In this document: positions 9,168 to 19,024 of the stretch, in pieces | Layout: the number at the start of each line of letters is the position of its first letter | How positions within the stretch are numbered: position 1 is the stretch's first letter | Assembly: GCA_002390845.1 (NCBI GenBank) | Contig: DGQT01000050.1 | Span: 48,781-112,780, forward strand | Length of the DNA stretch: 64,000 bases | Source: Chitinophagaceae bacterium UBA4407 | GTDB taxonomy: Bacteria > Bacteroidota > Bacteroidia > Chitinophagales > Chitinophagaceae | Direction of reading: 5' to 3' | Notes under the pieces: model-generated | The model's input: only the letters and a program-made list of their open reading frames with translations | The model's database searches: none | What the model was told of the DNA's origin: nothing | Made by a program: the position numbers and the translations under genes

Positions 9168-10142
9168 TTATCTTGGACCTACATAAGTCAGTGTATCATA
9201 AATTTCCTGGTTAGGTCTTCCTATTTGTGTCATTATATATGCGGCGTAAATTGTTTTTGTTGCAGCATCATAACGGCTGTCTGTAACTGCAGGGTTCAAT
9301 TGAAAAGCTCTGCCTCTTCCATCATCCGGTGCAAGATTTCTTACATCAATTAATTTATCTGTTGCCAGGTCAAAGATGTATTGCGGTGCAGTTGCGCCAA
9401 AGCTTGTAATACCACCATCTGTTGTAAAACCTGGCTGGCCCGGGCCCGTTTCCTGTGTTAGTATTGTTACACTGGCAGGCCCCGATGTTATCATTGAAAC
9501 TGCTGAAGGCCATTGATAGGTGTCGCCATCTGCAATACCATAAGCAGACCAGCCAGCCAACTTCATTCTAAGATTATAATTGCCATCATATTTATTCTTG
9601 ATTGCAATAGCTACCACTCCGCTGCCAAGATTTCCACTGATGGTGTAACCAGATTCCTGTACAGCAGTTATCTGGAAGCCAACGGCCCAGTCTGCGCCAA
9701 GAAAATCTGATGGCTTGAATTTTATTTTCAGAAATCCTGTATACGAACCTTTTGGAATGGTAACTACACCACCATCTGCTAAAGTAAAAAAAGCAGATGG
9801 GTCGCCATAAGCAGTTCCGTTTGCCGTATTGTAATCATCTACCAGACTTTGTTTTGGTGTTAGTGTTATGTGCAGGTCTTGTAGTGCAGCATCATGCGTT
9901 GCAAGGTTTACAGGAATAAGATCAACAGTTGTATCTGCATTTGAATTATCATAAGATACAACAAGGAAATTGCTTACATCTGCTGCAGTTAATTTTATTT
10001 CCACCACACTTGGTGTTCCGCCTGTAGCGCGTACAGATTGTATAAGGCCCTTATCATAATCTTTGTCTTTAAGACAGCCTGTAACACTTACTGCAATTAA
10101 AACAACAGCTATTGCGGAAGATTTTATTTTATTTAGTTTCAT
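9168..10142 (-). CDS. PUL-associated cell-surface lipoprotein (SusE/F position; DUF1735/DUF4361-like)
   Basis: Lipobox AVSVTGC; located directly downstream of susD; beta-rich sequence. Confidence 0.6.
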   Translation of the reverse strand: MKLNKIKSSAIAVVLIAVSVTGCLKDKDYDKGLIQSVRATGGTPSVVEIKLTAADVSNFLVVSYDNSNADTTVDLIPVNLATHDAALQDLHITLTPKQSLVDDYNTANGTAYGDPSAFFTLADGGVVTIPKGSYTGFLKIKFKPSDFLGADWAVGFQITAVQESGYTISGNLGSGVVAIAIKNKYDGNYNLRMKLAGWSAYGIADGDTYQWPSAVSMITSGPASVTILTQETGPGQPGFTTDGGITSFGATAPQYIFDLATDKLIDVRNLAPDDGRGRAFQLNPAVTDSRYDAATKTIYAAYIMTQIGRPNQEIYDTLTYVGPR

Positions 10143-10171
10143 ATTGATTTTCTTTTTTAGTCAGTAAGTTT

Positions 10172-11686
10172 TTAATAAGGTTGCCAGAAAATTTTAGTGG
10201 TAAACTGGTTAATGGTTCCAACAGCCTGCACACTTTCTGCATTTGTTGTGTATTCACTTTGCGGATACAATAAACGTAAAGGCAATTGATCTGCAAGCCT
10301 GCTTGGATTAAGCGTAATAAAACCTTCCGGCAAAAAATTCAACCTTCTCTGATCAGCCCAGGCCTCTCTTGCATCTATGCAGGTAATTGCTATGTATTTT
10401 TGAAAGGCAATAAACTTAGCTTGCTCTTCTGCAGTTTCTCCGGCATTATCCCAGTTTGCAATATCATTACTTGCAATATAACCGGCTGCGGCAGTTTCAG
10501 CATCTTCTACACCCAGCCATACAAATGATTCAGTAATGGCAGCCTCGAATGCAGCTTTTGCATCACCGGGCATCCAGCCTCTTGCAATGGCTTCTGCCTG
10601 AAAGAACATACTTTCAAATGATGGTATCAACCATTGATTCTGTGCTCCGCTTCCTGCAATGCCGGGCCCGAAATAAGAAGCCTGTGCACCAAAGGGGTTT
10701 CCGGTTACTACTCCATAATCGCAACCAACATAGAAACCGCCTACGGTTGTAAAGAATCTTGTAATGCGCTCATCGTTTGTTGAAAGCAAAATGTTCAGAA
10801 TATAATTATTGGGTGCATAACCGGTTGCGGCTTTATTGCCGTTTGTGGTAAAACCATAATTGCCATAGAAAGGCGATTGCTTGAATTGTGCATTTGAAAA
10901 TCCGGGATTAACAGATACAGATTCGCCTGCACCAAGCACCCCACCTTTGGCTTCTATCTTTGCAATCTCCGCAGAAGGATTAAACCCGGGCACTTCAGAT
11001 TGTCTTATCAGTAACCGAAGTTTAAGTGTATTGGCAAATTTTTGCCACTTTACCTGATCGCCGTGGTTTACAACATCAACATTTGCAAAAGCAGCTGGTG
11101 CAGTTTCATTCATATAAGTGATGGCAGAATCTAAACTTAACTGCAACGCATTGTAAATATCCTGTGCTTTGTCGTAAACCGGATATTTATACACCTGTGT
11201 TTGAAAGGCCTGGCTGTAGGGAACGTCGCCATACGTGTCTACAACATCCTGGAACAATTTTGCAGACAAAATCATTGCAGCACCGGCAAGAACTTTATTA
11301 CCGTTTGCGAGTGCTTTTGTTTTAACCTGGTACAGGTCGAACAATGTTCCGTAATCTCTTTGCCATGCATTATCGCCAAAAGCAAAATCGATGTTGTAAG
11401 ATGATTCTATCTGTGGTAATGCAAAGTCTCCTGTATTGCACATATAACCAACCCAATCCTGTGCAAACTGCAGGTCAATGGTTGATCCTTCGCTGCCCGG
11501 CGATGCGCCTATATGCCGCATACTTACATTGGTTGCAGCCTGTGTAAATATAAGATCAGCCGTTATGTTATCGTCTGTAGTACGGTTGGGATCGCTGTTT
11601 ACATCCAGATAATCTTTCTTGCAACCTGCAAGAAAAACTGTTACTGCAAGTGCTGCAATCAATATGCTGTTATTTATTTTTTTCAT
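10172..11686 (-). CDS. SusD/RagB-family nutrient-binding outer-membrane lipoprotein
   Basis: Lipobox FLAGC; 504 aa; SusD-like helical/TPR core; paired with the upstream SusC gene. Confidence 0.9.
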   Translation of the reverse strand: MKKINNSILIAALAVTVFLAGCKKDYLDVNSDPNRTTDDNITADLIFTQAATNVSMRHIGASPGSEGSTIDLQFAQDWVGYMCNTGDFALPQIESSYNIDFAFGDNAWQRDYGTLFDLYQVKTKALANGNKVLAGAAMILSAKLFQDVVDTYGDVPYSQAFQTQVYKYPVYDKAQDIYNALQLSLDSAITYMNETAPAAFANVDVVNHGDQVKWQKFANTLKLRLLIRQSEVPGFNPSAEIAKIEAKGGVLGAGESVSVNPGFSNAQFKQSPFYGNYGFTTNGNKAATGYAPNNYILNILLSTNDERITRFFTTVGGFYVGCDYGVVTGNPFGAQASYFGPGIAGSGAQNQWLIPSFESMFFQAEAIARGWMPGDAKAAFEAAITESFVWLGVEDAETAAAGYIASNDIANWDNAGETAEEQAKFIAFQKYIAITCIDAREAWADQRRLNFLPEGFITLNPSRLADQLPLRLLYPQSEYTTNAESVQAVGTINQFTTKIFWQPY

Positions 11687-11721
11687 GTATAATCAGTTTA
11701 ATTATTTTATCTGTGTATCAA

Positions 11722-11948
11722 CTGTTTTTTTGCTTAGCTGCATTGCTGCTATTTGGCTTCTGTTGTGTCACTCACTTGTGCAATTAGTCCGGAAGTCGGC
11801 AAGACCGATAGTCCGAAAGATGATTATTGTTAACCGATTGTCTTTCTGACTTACCGACTTTCTGACTTTGCTGACTTGTACTCAACTTTACAAGAGTGCG
11901 ACGCAACGGAAGCTTCATAGCATTACAATTGTTTGGTTCAAAAAAAAT
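11722..11948. mobile_element. compact CPIR doublet (L + R, inner arms facing) between susC and susD
   Basis: The L core is the variant TTGTGTCACTCAC at 11763-11775; the R core is GTGCGACGCAA at 11896-11906. The centre holds an internal inverted repeat, AGTCCGGAAGTCGGCAAG / CTTACCGACTTTCTGACT. Confidence 0.8.
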
Positions 11949-11969
11949 CTCTCTAAAAATTTTAAGCAG

Positions 11970-14900
11970 TTAGAATTGTACCAGTACTGAGCCCCCGAAT
12001 AATCTTGAAGCTGGTGACTGGAAAGAGCTTGCGAGACCAAACGTATTGCCCAGTGACGAATAGTTAAATTCAGGATCTCCCCATTGATTTGATTTTGGAA
12101 CAAACAGGAATAGATTCTTACCAACTGCTGCTACGGTAACTTTCTTAATATACTTTGCATTACCAAGCCATTTTGCAGGAAGCGTGTAAGAAATGTTTAC
12201 TTCGCGCAAACGAATAGATGCAGCACTTGAAAAATAATTGGTGGCAATGGCTGTATTTACATTTCCGCCAGACCAGAAACCGTAGTTACCATCCTGTACC
12301 TGTATGTTTGTATTGTCAACATATTTTGATCCATCCCAATAGACAGAGTTGGGAAATACAAAACGCTGGCGGCCATATTCGGCACTTCTTGCAGAGATGC
12401 CTGCAAAGTCCATATCTGTTCCAAGACCTGAGAAGAAATCATGGCCACCTTTGTAATCCCACGTCATACTGAAAGAAAAATTACCAATTGAATAGGAAGG
12501 TGTAGCACCTACTACCCACAGTGGTATTGATCTTCCTTTAACGATCTGTGAACCTGCCTGTGATGGCAACCCGGTAACAGCATCAACTATTACTTTACCT
12601 GTTGCAGGGTCTCTTGCATAGTCTGTAAGCTGAAAAGCGAATGCAGGCATACCAACAACGGCAATATTGTTTGCTGTTGGAGAACTGGTTGAAGTTTGTA
12701 TAAAATTATTTGTACCACCAACAATAACAGATGTGTTGCCAAGTGTACGTGTAACCTCGTTATTGTTATAAGTTGCGTTCAGCTTCAGATCAACGCGGCC
12801 TCTGCCAATCTTAACAACAGGGCTTAAGCCCAGATCCATTTCAACGCCATAGTTCTTGAAATCTGCAGCATTGGCTAAGCCAAAAGCATAACCGGTGGTA
12901 GTAGACTGAGAAACAAATAATATCTGGTCTGTATTATTTTGGTTGAAGTATGTTGCTTCAAAGTTGATCCTGTTCTTTAAAAATCCTAATTCTATCCCAA
13001 CTTCTTTTGTATTTACAAATTCAGGTTTTATGCTGGCATCAGGAATCGTTGGATCTGCAGTAAAGCCTGCCACATTTCCGTAAGGGAAATTTATTGGCTG
13101 CGAATATGTTGAAGACAGTGAATATGGATTAAGATTTACGTTACCTGATTTAGAAATAGCACCGCGTATTTTTAAATAAGAAATAACGGCACTGTTCTTT
13201 AAAGAAGGTATTGCATCGGAAAGAACAATTGACAGGTTAGCCGCGGGATAAAAGAAAGAGCGGTTTGCTTTATTTAACCTGCTGTCCCAATCATTTCTTC
13301 CGGTAAATTCTACATTAGCCCAACCTTTATAACTAAAACCTACACTTCCGTAAACAGAAACAAGCCTCGACAGAATATCATAATTATAACTACCGAGTAA
13401 GGTGTTGGTACTATTGTTTGTGGTTCCGTTGAAAGTTGGCACATATGCATCTCCGCTACGAACTGCAACATTAAATAACTGTGGCACTACAAGGTTGTTA
13501 CCACCAATACCTATGTCTTTAGTACGGTTTTGTCTCAACATTCCGCCACCTACATATTTTACATTCAGGTCTTTTGTTATTTTACGGTCGCCACTTAAAT
13601 AGTAATCAAGATTGATTCGTGAAACATAGCTTTGGTCGTCAAATACAGAACCGGGTTGATTGGAGAAATTTGTCGGGCTTCTTGTTGCATGCGCATAATC
13701 TGATACAATGATCGGGGCGTTGGTATTTTTAAAGTTTGCAAAAGAAAGATTAGAACTGATGCGTGCAGTGGCTTTCAGCCAGGGGAATATCTGATAATTT
13801 ACATCAATATTTCCGATAAGATTATCACTACGGCCTTTTGTTCTTATGTTGCCTATGAACCAGTAAGGGCTAACAGCAAAATCATTGTAATAATTTGAGT
13901 AGGTTGAGTACTTGCCATTTTGCCAATCTTTATAATCGAGCAGCGGAACATTACTGGCCACCTGCATTACAAGAAAGAATAAACCACCATTGTAAGCTCC
14001 GGGAATAGAATTCTGTAAGCCCGCTTCATTTACTACATCATAATTCTGAAGTATATAGTTAAGACCATAATTCACAGAAAAATTACCATATTTCTTGTTG
14101 CCATTAAAGCGAAAACTTGTACGCCTGTTCTCATCGTTAGGAATCAATCCTTTAATCTTTGCATCCTCAATACTTACATAAAAATCTTCTCCTGAAATTG
14201 TTGCTGAGTTCTGCAAAGTAAGCCCCGTATTCCAGAACTTTATTTTGTCTTTGTAATGAGCGTTTGTGTACGGCAACATTTGTATTGAGCCATCTTCAAG
14301 GGGTCTGCCAACAGGCTGAATACTTCCATCGAATGCCGGGCCGTATTGCTGGTTCTCGTAAGGCACATAACCGAAATTTCCGTATTGATCTATTACCTCA
14401 CCGGCACCATTTCCAAATTCTTTCTGAATTTTTGGAAAAAAAGAAACCTGTGTTGCCTGCAATGTTGATGTTAATGTAACTGTAGGAACTTTGCCACCAC
14501 GTTTTGTAGTAATAACAATTACACCATTTACCGCATCAGGGCCATAGATAGCAGCAGATGCTGCACTTTTCAATACGGTTAAGCTTTGTACATCATCAGG
14601 CGGAATAGAAGAAAGATAGCCCAACGGTGTGGGTGCACCATCAACAACCAGCATAGGTTGGTTATTACCCGTTAAAGAACGGATACCCCTGATGTTGATC
14701 TTCGCATTTTCAAACACACCACTGTTAACTGTAGAAATATTCAAGCCGGAAACTTTACCATTTAACGCCTGCTCTATGTTAACAGATTTGCCCTGTGTAA
14801 GGGTTTTGTTGGTAATGGTGGTAGTTGAATATCCAAGGTCTTTGGCCTGCCGCTGTATACCCAAAGCGGTAGTTACAACCACGTTGGTTAATTCACCTGA

Positions 14901-15182
14901 GGTTTCCTGTAATACAATGCTGATATTATTTTCACTGCCCAGTTTAAACTCAGTGGCAGTAAATCCTGTTGAACTTACAACCAACACATCGCCGTCTTTG
15001 GCATTGATTGTAAAAAGACCAGTTGCATCTGCAGAAACGCCACCCTTTGCAGTTTTTACTTTAACCGATGCAAAGGGCACCGGATCGCCTTTACTATTTA
15101 ACACTTTTCCCGTAATGCTCCTTTGCTGGCCAAACGAAAAAAGCGCAGCGAAAACTGATAGCATTAAGAATAATTTTCTCAT
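11970..15182 (-). CDS. SusC/RagA-family TonB-dependent receptor
   Basis: 1070 aa with a signal peptide, an N-terminal carboxypeptidase-regulatory-like domain, a plug, and a C-terminal ..GGSVLVQF barrel end. Confidence 0.92.
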   Translation of the reverse strand: MRKLFLMLSVFAALFSFGQQRSITGKVLNSKGDPVPFASVKVKTAKGGVSADATGLFTINAKDGDVLVVSSTGFTATEFKLGSENNISIVLQETSGELTNVVVTTALGIQRQAKDLGYSTTTITNKTLTQGKSVNIEQALNGKVSGLNISTVNSGVFENAKINIRGIRSLTGNNQPMLVVDGAPTPLGYLSSIPPDDVQSLTVLKSAASAAIYGPDAVNGVIVITTKRGGKVPTVTLTSTLQATQVSFFPKIQKEFGNGAGEVIDQYGNFGYVPYENQQYGPAFDGSIQPVGRPLEDGSIQMLPYTNAHYKDKIKFWNTGLTLQNSATISGEDFYVSIEDAKIKGLIPNDENRRTSFRFNGNKKYGNFSVNYGLNYILQNYDVVNEAGLQNSIPGAYNGGLFFLVMQVASNVPLLDYKDWQNGKYSTYSNYYNDFAVSPYWFIGNIRTKGRSDNLIGNIDVNYQIFPWLKATARISSNLSFANFKNTNAPIIVSDYAHATRSPTNFSNQPGSVFDDQSYVSRINLDYYLSGDRKITKDLNVKYVGGGMLRQNRTKDIGIGGNNLVVPQLFNVAVRSGDAYVPTFNGTTNNSTNTLLGSYNYDILSRLVSVYGSVGFSYKGWANVEFTGRNDWDSRLNKANRSFFYPAANLSIVLSDAIPSLKNSAVISYLKIRGAISKSGNVNLNPYSLSSTYSQPINFPYGNVAGFTADPTIPDASIKPEFVNTKEVGIELGFLKNRINFEATYFNQNNTDQILFVSQSTTTGYAFGLANAADFKNYGVEMDLGLSPVVKIGRGRVDLKLNATYNNNEVTRTLGNTSVIVGGTNNFIQTSTSSPTANNIAVVGMPAFAFQLTDYARDPATGKVIVDAVTGLPSQAGSQIVKGRSIPLWVVGATPSYSIGNFSFSMTWDYKGGHDFFSGLGTDMDFAGISARSAEYGRQRFVFPNSVYWDGSKYVDNTNIQVQDGNYGFWSGGNVNTAIATNYFSSAASIRLREVNISYTLPAKWLGNAKYIKKVTVAAVGKNLFLFVPKSNQWGDPEFNYSSLGNTFGLASSFQSPASRLFGGSVLVQF

Positions 15183-15396
15183 AATGTTGTTTTTTTTACG
15201 TTATAAATTGAGCCTTTGGCTAACTTGGAAAAGCGGCCATCCTCGTTATATATATATTCAAATTGACAGTTCTTAAACGCACAATGCTTCAAAATCAACC
15301 GGCTTAAAAACCGAAGCATGAAGAAATATGATTGAAGCATGGAAATTGAAACCCAGATTTATAACGCTACTTTGCGCCTTATAGAAATGAGCATAG

Positions 15397-15456
15397 TTTT
15401 TTTGAGCCGGGCTATATTACTACTATTGAACTTTTGTTGCGTCGCACACTTATACA
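15397..15456 (-). repeat. CPIR short form, L orientation
   Basis: TTTTTTTGAGCCGGGC outer arm; core lies at 15437-15447. Confidence 0.8.
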
Positions 15457-15607
15457 ACAACAATTCTATGAAGCAATAAAGTGCAGTGTCGCTGAGAATG
15501 CGGTTCTGCTAATCCAGGCTGCTGCCTTTTATTCATTTTCGAAAAATTATTCTCAAAACTTGTAAAGCTCTTAGAGGAAATCCTTTACCTTAACCCAAAT
15601 ATTATTT

Positions 15608-16219
15608 ATGAAAAAAATACTTCTCTTGCTATTGGTTGCTGCAATAACATTTCAGTTGCAGGCGCAACGCAGAAAAAATTTATTCAATGGTAAAGACCTT
15701 TCGGGCTGGACGATTAACGGAACCGAAAAATGGTATGTTGACAATGGTGAGCTGGTTTGCGAAAGCGGGCCCGACAAACAATATGGTTATCTGTCTACAA
15801 ATAAAAGTTATAAGAATTTCGACCTTACACTAAAATTTAAACAGGAAGCTAACGGCAACAGCGGGGTATTCTTCCGCTCCTCAATCGATGGAGTAAAAAT
15901 AAGTGGCTGGCAGGCCGAGGTTGCTCCGCTGGGGCAGCACACTGGCGGCATTTATGAATCGTATGGCCGCGGCTGGCTGATACAACCAAAACCCGAAGAT
16001 GAACAATATTTAAAAACAGGTGAATGGAATGAGTACAGGATTAAAGTGGTTCAGGATAGAGTAACTACCTGGCTCAATGGCCATCAAATGATTTACCTGC
16101 AGGATTCAACAATAGGTAAGGGGAAGGGCTTTATCGCTTTACAGATACATGATGGCGGTGGTATTAAAGTAAGATGGAAAGATATGGTTCTCGAAGAATT
16201 TGAAGATGAAGAAAAATAG
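15608..16219 (+). CDS. secreted DUF1080 (3-keto-disaccharide hydrolase-like) protein
   Basis: Signal peptide, FNGKDLSGW, NSGVFFRS and GFIALQIHD motifs. Confidence 0.8.
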   Translation: MKKILLLLLVAAITFQLQAQRRKNLFNGKDLSGWTINGTEKWYVDNGELVCESGPDKQYGYLSTNKSYKNFDLTLKFKQEANGNSGVFFRSSIDGVKISGWQAEVAPLGQHTGGIYESYGRGWLIQPKPEDEQYLKTGEWNEYRIKVVQDRVTTWLNGHQMIYLQDSTIGKGKGFIALQIHDGGGIKVRWKDMVLEEFEDEEK

Positions 16220-16238
16220 TTTCTGCTATTCATAAATT

Positions 16239-16279
16239 AAACTGCCTGCATTTTTTACCATTGAGAATGCAGGCAGTTT
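16239..16279. terminator. hairpin between convergent genes (possible bidirectional terminator)
   Basis: 14-bp stem AAACTGCCTGCATT / AATGCAGGCAGTTT. The T tail is weak. Confidence 0.45.
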
Positions 16280-16292
16280 GCTGAACAGAATT

Positions 16293-16357
16293 ACCGAACG
16301 TAAAAGAGTGCGACGCAACAAAGCTTCATACATGTTCTACTGCATGGCACAAAAAAA
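16293..16357 (+). repeat. CPIR short form, R orientation
   Basis: Core lies at 16308-16318. The outer arm AAGCTTCATAC..GCATGGCACAAAAAAA ends at the stop codon of the AI-2E gene. Confidence 0.8.
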
Positions 16358-17458
16358 TTATAATGGCTTTTTTTCTTTTTTTGCAGTCCCTAAAAAGGGT
16401 TGCATGTATGATGGTACCAACTGCCGTGGCTTACTGCGTTTTGAAGCAATTGGTACCTGGTATTCCAGGTAATAAATTTTAAGCAGTATAATAAAAAATG
16501 ATATGAGCACCGGCCCGAATATCAACCCGATAAACCCGAAATATTTAAGGCCCATAATTACACCGAGGACTGTTACAATTGGGTGCACGTCGGCCATACG
16601 TTTTGCAAGCATAAAACGTATTACATTATCAATACTACCCATTAGTAAAGCCGCCCATGCGAGCAGGAAAAAGCCCTGCCAGTTGTGGCCATTCATAAAA
16701 TGTAAAAGTACAATGGGCACCCAAACGATGCCACTGCCCACGATGGGTATAATTGAACAAAAGCCTGTGATCACTGCCCAGAACCCCGCTTCGTTAACGC
16801 CTGTAATTGAATAAGCGATATAACCGAGCAGGCCCTGCGCAATTGCAATAAGTGGTATACCTACAGCATTGCTGAAAGTTTGCGCTACCAGTTCATCGCC
16901 AAACATTTTTATTTTATCGCGTTTAAATGGCAGGTATAAAATAATAGACGCTTCCATACGGTTAATGTTTTGTATCATAAAATACAAAAAGAAATACAGC
17001 ATAAGAATGGTGGAAAAAAAGCCTAACCCCTGGTTAACAATACCCGATAATAATGTGGTTGCGTAAGTTTTTATAGAAGCTAAATTTTCGTCTGTTATAA
17101 GTTCGAAACCTGTTTTCTCTTTTATTAAAGCGCCAAAGTTTTTAATGGAGTCAATAATGTCTGTAGGATTGGAAGCTACATGACTCACCTTGTTAAAAAC
17201 CAATGTTACCAATATGGTTATCGGCAGCAGTATAATAAAAAAAGAAATAATGATTACCAGTAAAGCAGCAGTACTTTTTTTCCATCTCTTCTTTTTTATA
17301 AGCCATTCAGTAAAAGGCTTGCTGAGGATATAAAAAATGATTGCCGAAAGAAATGCCGTAAAAAACTGGCCCAGGCTGTAGAGTAAAAAAAAGCCAAACA
17401 CTAAAATTATGGCAAGAAAAAAGTATCGGTTAACTTTATGATCTTTATTTGGTTCCAT
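16358..17458 (-). CDS. AI-2E family transporter (PerM/UPF0118)
   Basis: 366 aa with about 8 TM segments and the family-typical C-terminal half (VGIPLIAIAQG..IPIVGSGIVWVP). Confidence 0.85.
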   Translation of the reverse strand: MEPNKDHKVNRYFFLAIILVFGFFLLYSLGQFFTAFLSAIIFYILSKPFTEWLIKKKRWKKSTAALLVIIISFFIILLPITILVTLVFNKVSHVASNPTDIIDSIKNFGALIKEKTGFELITDENLASIKTYATTLLSGIVNQGLGFFSTILMLYFFLYFMIQNINRMEASIILYLPFKRDKIKMFGDELVAQTFSNAVGIPLIAIAQGLLGYIAYSITGVNEAGFWAVITGFCSIIPIVGSGIVWVPIVLLHFMNGHNWQGFFLLAWAALLMGSIDNVIRFMLAKRMADVHPIVTVLGVIMGLKYFGFIGLIFGPVLISFFIILLKIYYLEYQVPIASKRSKPRQLVPSYMQPFLGTAKKEKKPL

Positions 17459-17531
17459 GAAAATCTTTTATGGCAAAAATTTTGCCTGATATTTCAAAGT
17501 TATATGTTTCATTTTTAAAATTTTTAAACTA

Positions 17532-17783
17532 ATGAGTAGTCAAAAATTTGTAGCTGGTTTAATTCTGGGTGCGGCAGCAGGCGCAGCAGTTGCTTTGTTT
17601 TTGCAAACAGATAAAGGAAAAGAAATACTTTCCAATATAAAAGATGCCGCCAGCGATGCAGGTAATAATCTTAAAACAACAGTTCAGGATTTTGATGAAG
17701 AACTGAATGCATTAATAAAAAAAGGAAAACAGTTTGTAGAAGACCTTGAGAGCAGGGTAAAAGATACATCGTCAACTGTATAG
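17532..17783 (+). CDS. YtxH domain-containing protein
   Basis: 83 aa. N-terminal GLILGAAAGAAVALF helix followed by a charged coiled region. Confidence 0.75.
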   Translation: MSSQKFVAGLILGAAAGAAVALFLQTDKGKEILSNIKDAASDAGNNLKTTVQDFDEELNALIKKGKQFVEDLESRVKDTSSTV

Positions 17784-17785
17784 TA

Positions 17786-17845
17786 TTTTTTTGTACCCGG
17801 CAATTGCACTGGTGGCAGCATTGTTGCGTCGCACACTTGTACACT
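17786..17845 (-). repeat. CPIR short form, L orientation
   Basis: TTTTTTTGTACCCGGC outer arm starts 3 nt after the ytxH stop. Core lies at 17824-17834. Confidence 0.8.
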
Positions 17846-17951
17846 AAAAGTTATATCAGCTTTAGGTTTCATGTAAAAGAACCTGATTAAGTAAAGATAG
17901 CTTGCGGGTTTTAGTTGTTATAGAAAAGCTGTAAAAATAAAATAATAAAAA

Positions 17952-18317
17952 ATGCAGGAAGAAAACTTTTTTGATGAATCTAAGAAAGCTGTTGAAAAGT
18001 ACCTTGAAGACAGGATACTGTTGCTCAAGCTTCAGTCAGTTGAAAAAATATCCGTACTTGTATCTTTGATGTTTACCGGTTTGCTGGTTGCTTTATTAGG
18101 TTTCTTTGTTTTATTCTTCATTAGTATTATGGGTGGCTACTATTTTGCCGGTTTAACCGGAAGTTTATTTTTAGGTTTTGGTATTGTGGCAGCCATATAT
18201 ATTATTTTGTTGATTCTTGTAATCGTGTTGGGGAAAAAACACCTCACTGTATTTATCACAAACCTGGTAATAAAAATTTTCTTTGACCAAAATACTGATA
18301 ACGATGACACAAAATAA
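17952..18317 (+). CDS. holin-X-like (phage holin family) two-TM membrane protein
   Basis: 121 aa with two long hydrophobic helices. Follows a YtxH gene, as in the common Bacteroidota stress-type trio. Confidence 0.55.
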   Translation: MQEENFFDESKKAVEKYLEDRILLLKLQSVEKISVLVSLMFTGLLVALLGFFVLFFISIMGGYYFAGLTGSLFLGFGIVAAIYIILLILVIVLGKKHLTVFITNLVIKIFFDQNTDNDDTK

Positions 18318-18681
18318 CAAAGACCTTTCGCATATAGATAGTATGGATGAGCTTAAAGCTGAAATAAGAAATGTTGGTTCAAGAATAAAGCAGCAGGAAC
18401 GCGATTTAAATGAAAGGTTAGCAAGGTTGCCCCATGAAACCATAAAAGCAACAGTAAGCAAAGTTGTGCCTTCATTCATAAGTAGTTTTCTGCCTGGTAA
18501 ATCAATAGGCATTATTACGGGTGTTATAGGCTTATTACTAGGCAAAGGAAATTTTGAAAATGGAGGCTGGAAAAATAAAGCTATTGATATGGCCAGGCAG
18601 GTAAGTCTATATGCCGCTGCAAAAACAATATTTACGCTTTGGAGAAAACGTAAAAGAGTATCGGACAAAGCTCCTGGGTAA
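18304..18681 (+). CDS. hypothetical protein
   Basis: The ATG at 18304 overlaps the previous stop by 14 nt; the ORF track starts at a TTG at 18283. Coiled N-terminus and a hydrophobic central segment. Confidence 0.45.
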   Translation: MTQNNKDLSHIDSMDELKAEIRNVGSRIKQQERDLNERLARLPHETIKATVSKVVPSFISSFLPGKSIGIITGVIGLLLGKGNFENGGWKNKAIDMARQVSLYAAAKTIFTLWRKRKRVSDKAPG

Positions 18682-18777
18682 ATAGCAGGGAAGACTTTTT
18701 GCAATACTTAATAACAAAATACAAGTACAACAAATGTGTTCGCTGTATTTCGCTTTGCTCAATATAGCTCCGGCAGT

Positions 18778-18912
18778 TGAAGGGTGCGATCCCGAAATGA
18801 ATTTGGGACAGGCTGTCACGCTACGCTTAAATGTCGCCATGAAAGGGGAACTGTGAAACGAGCGTGGCAACGGAACTTTAATGTATGTTCAAATGCCTGG
18901 TTCATAAAAAAT
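18778..18912 (+). repeat. CPIR long form, R orientation
   Basis: GGGTGCGATCCCGAAATGAATTTGGGACAGGCTGTCACGCTACGCTTAAATGTCGCCATGAAAGGGGAACTGTGAAACGAGCGTGGCAAC..GCCTGGTTCATAAAAAA. Confidence 0.85.
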
Positions 18913-19024
18913 ACTGCACATTTTATGCGGTACACATCATAATATATAAAGCAACTTATTTAAATCACCTTTTCTGCGGTTTAAAAAAATTCTATATAAA
19001 TCATTAAAGATTACGGGCTGGATA

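Noticed and set aside
9051-9353. ORFs that start in the repeat core (MRR.. from GTG/TTG CGA/CGT CGC), including 45585-45794, 49790-50002, 62552-62836 and 23939-24190
   Set aside because: They begin on alternative start codons created by the core sequence. They run through non-coding repeat arms or antisense to real genes and have no family resemblance.
14629-15276. Long antisense ORFs inside large genes (also 30982-31446, 32488-33123, 18171-18704, 43124-43534 and 60774-61235)
   Set aside because: Each lies opposite a gene with strong family signatures (SusC, BON protein, ABC-F, rpoA, TamB). Their composition is low-complexity and typical of shadow frames.
15284-15340. Three GAAGCAT/ATGCTTC boxes upstream of susC as possible regulator-binding sites
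   Set aside because: The surrounding sequence (AACCGGCTT..GAAGCATGAAG) looks like decayed fragments of the CPIR outer arm (GCCGGGC..ATGAAGC) lying next to the intact copy at 15397. I have no independent support for a regulatory role.
17952-18317. Prophage, suggested by the holin-family gene here and the tail-fibre-like gene at 52224-53921
   Set aside because: The two genes are 34 kb apart. No capsid, terminase, portal, integrase or lysis-cassette genes are present. The holin-like gene sits in the common YtxH stress-type trio, and the fibre-like protein carries a T9SS signal.
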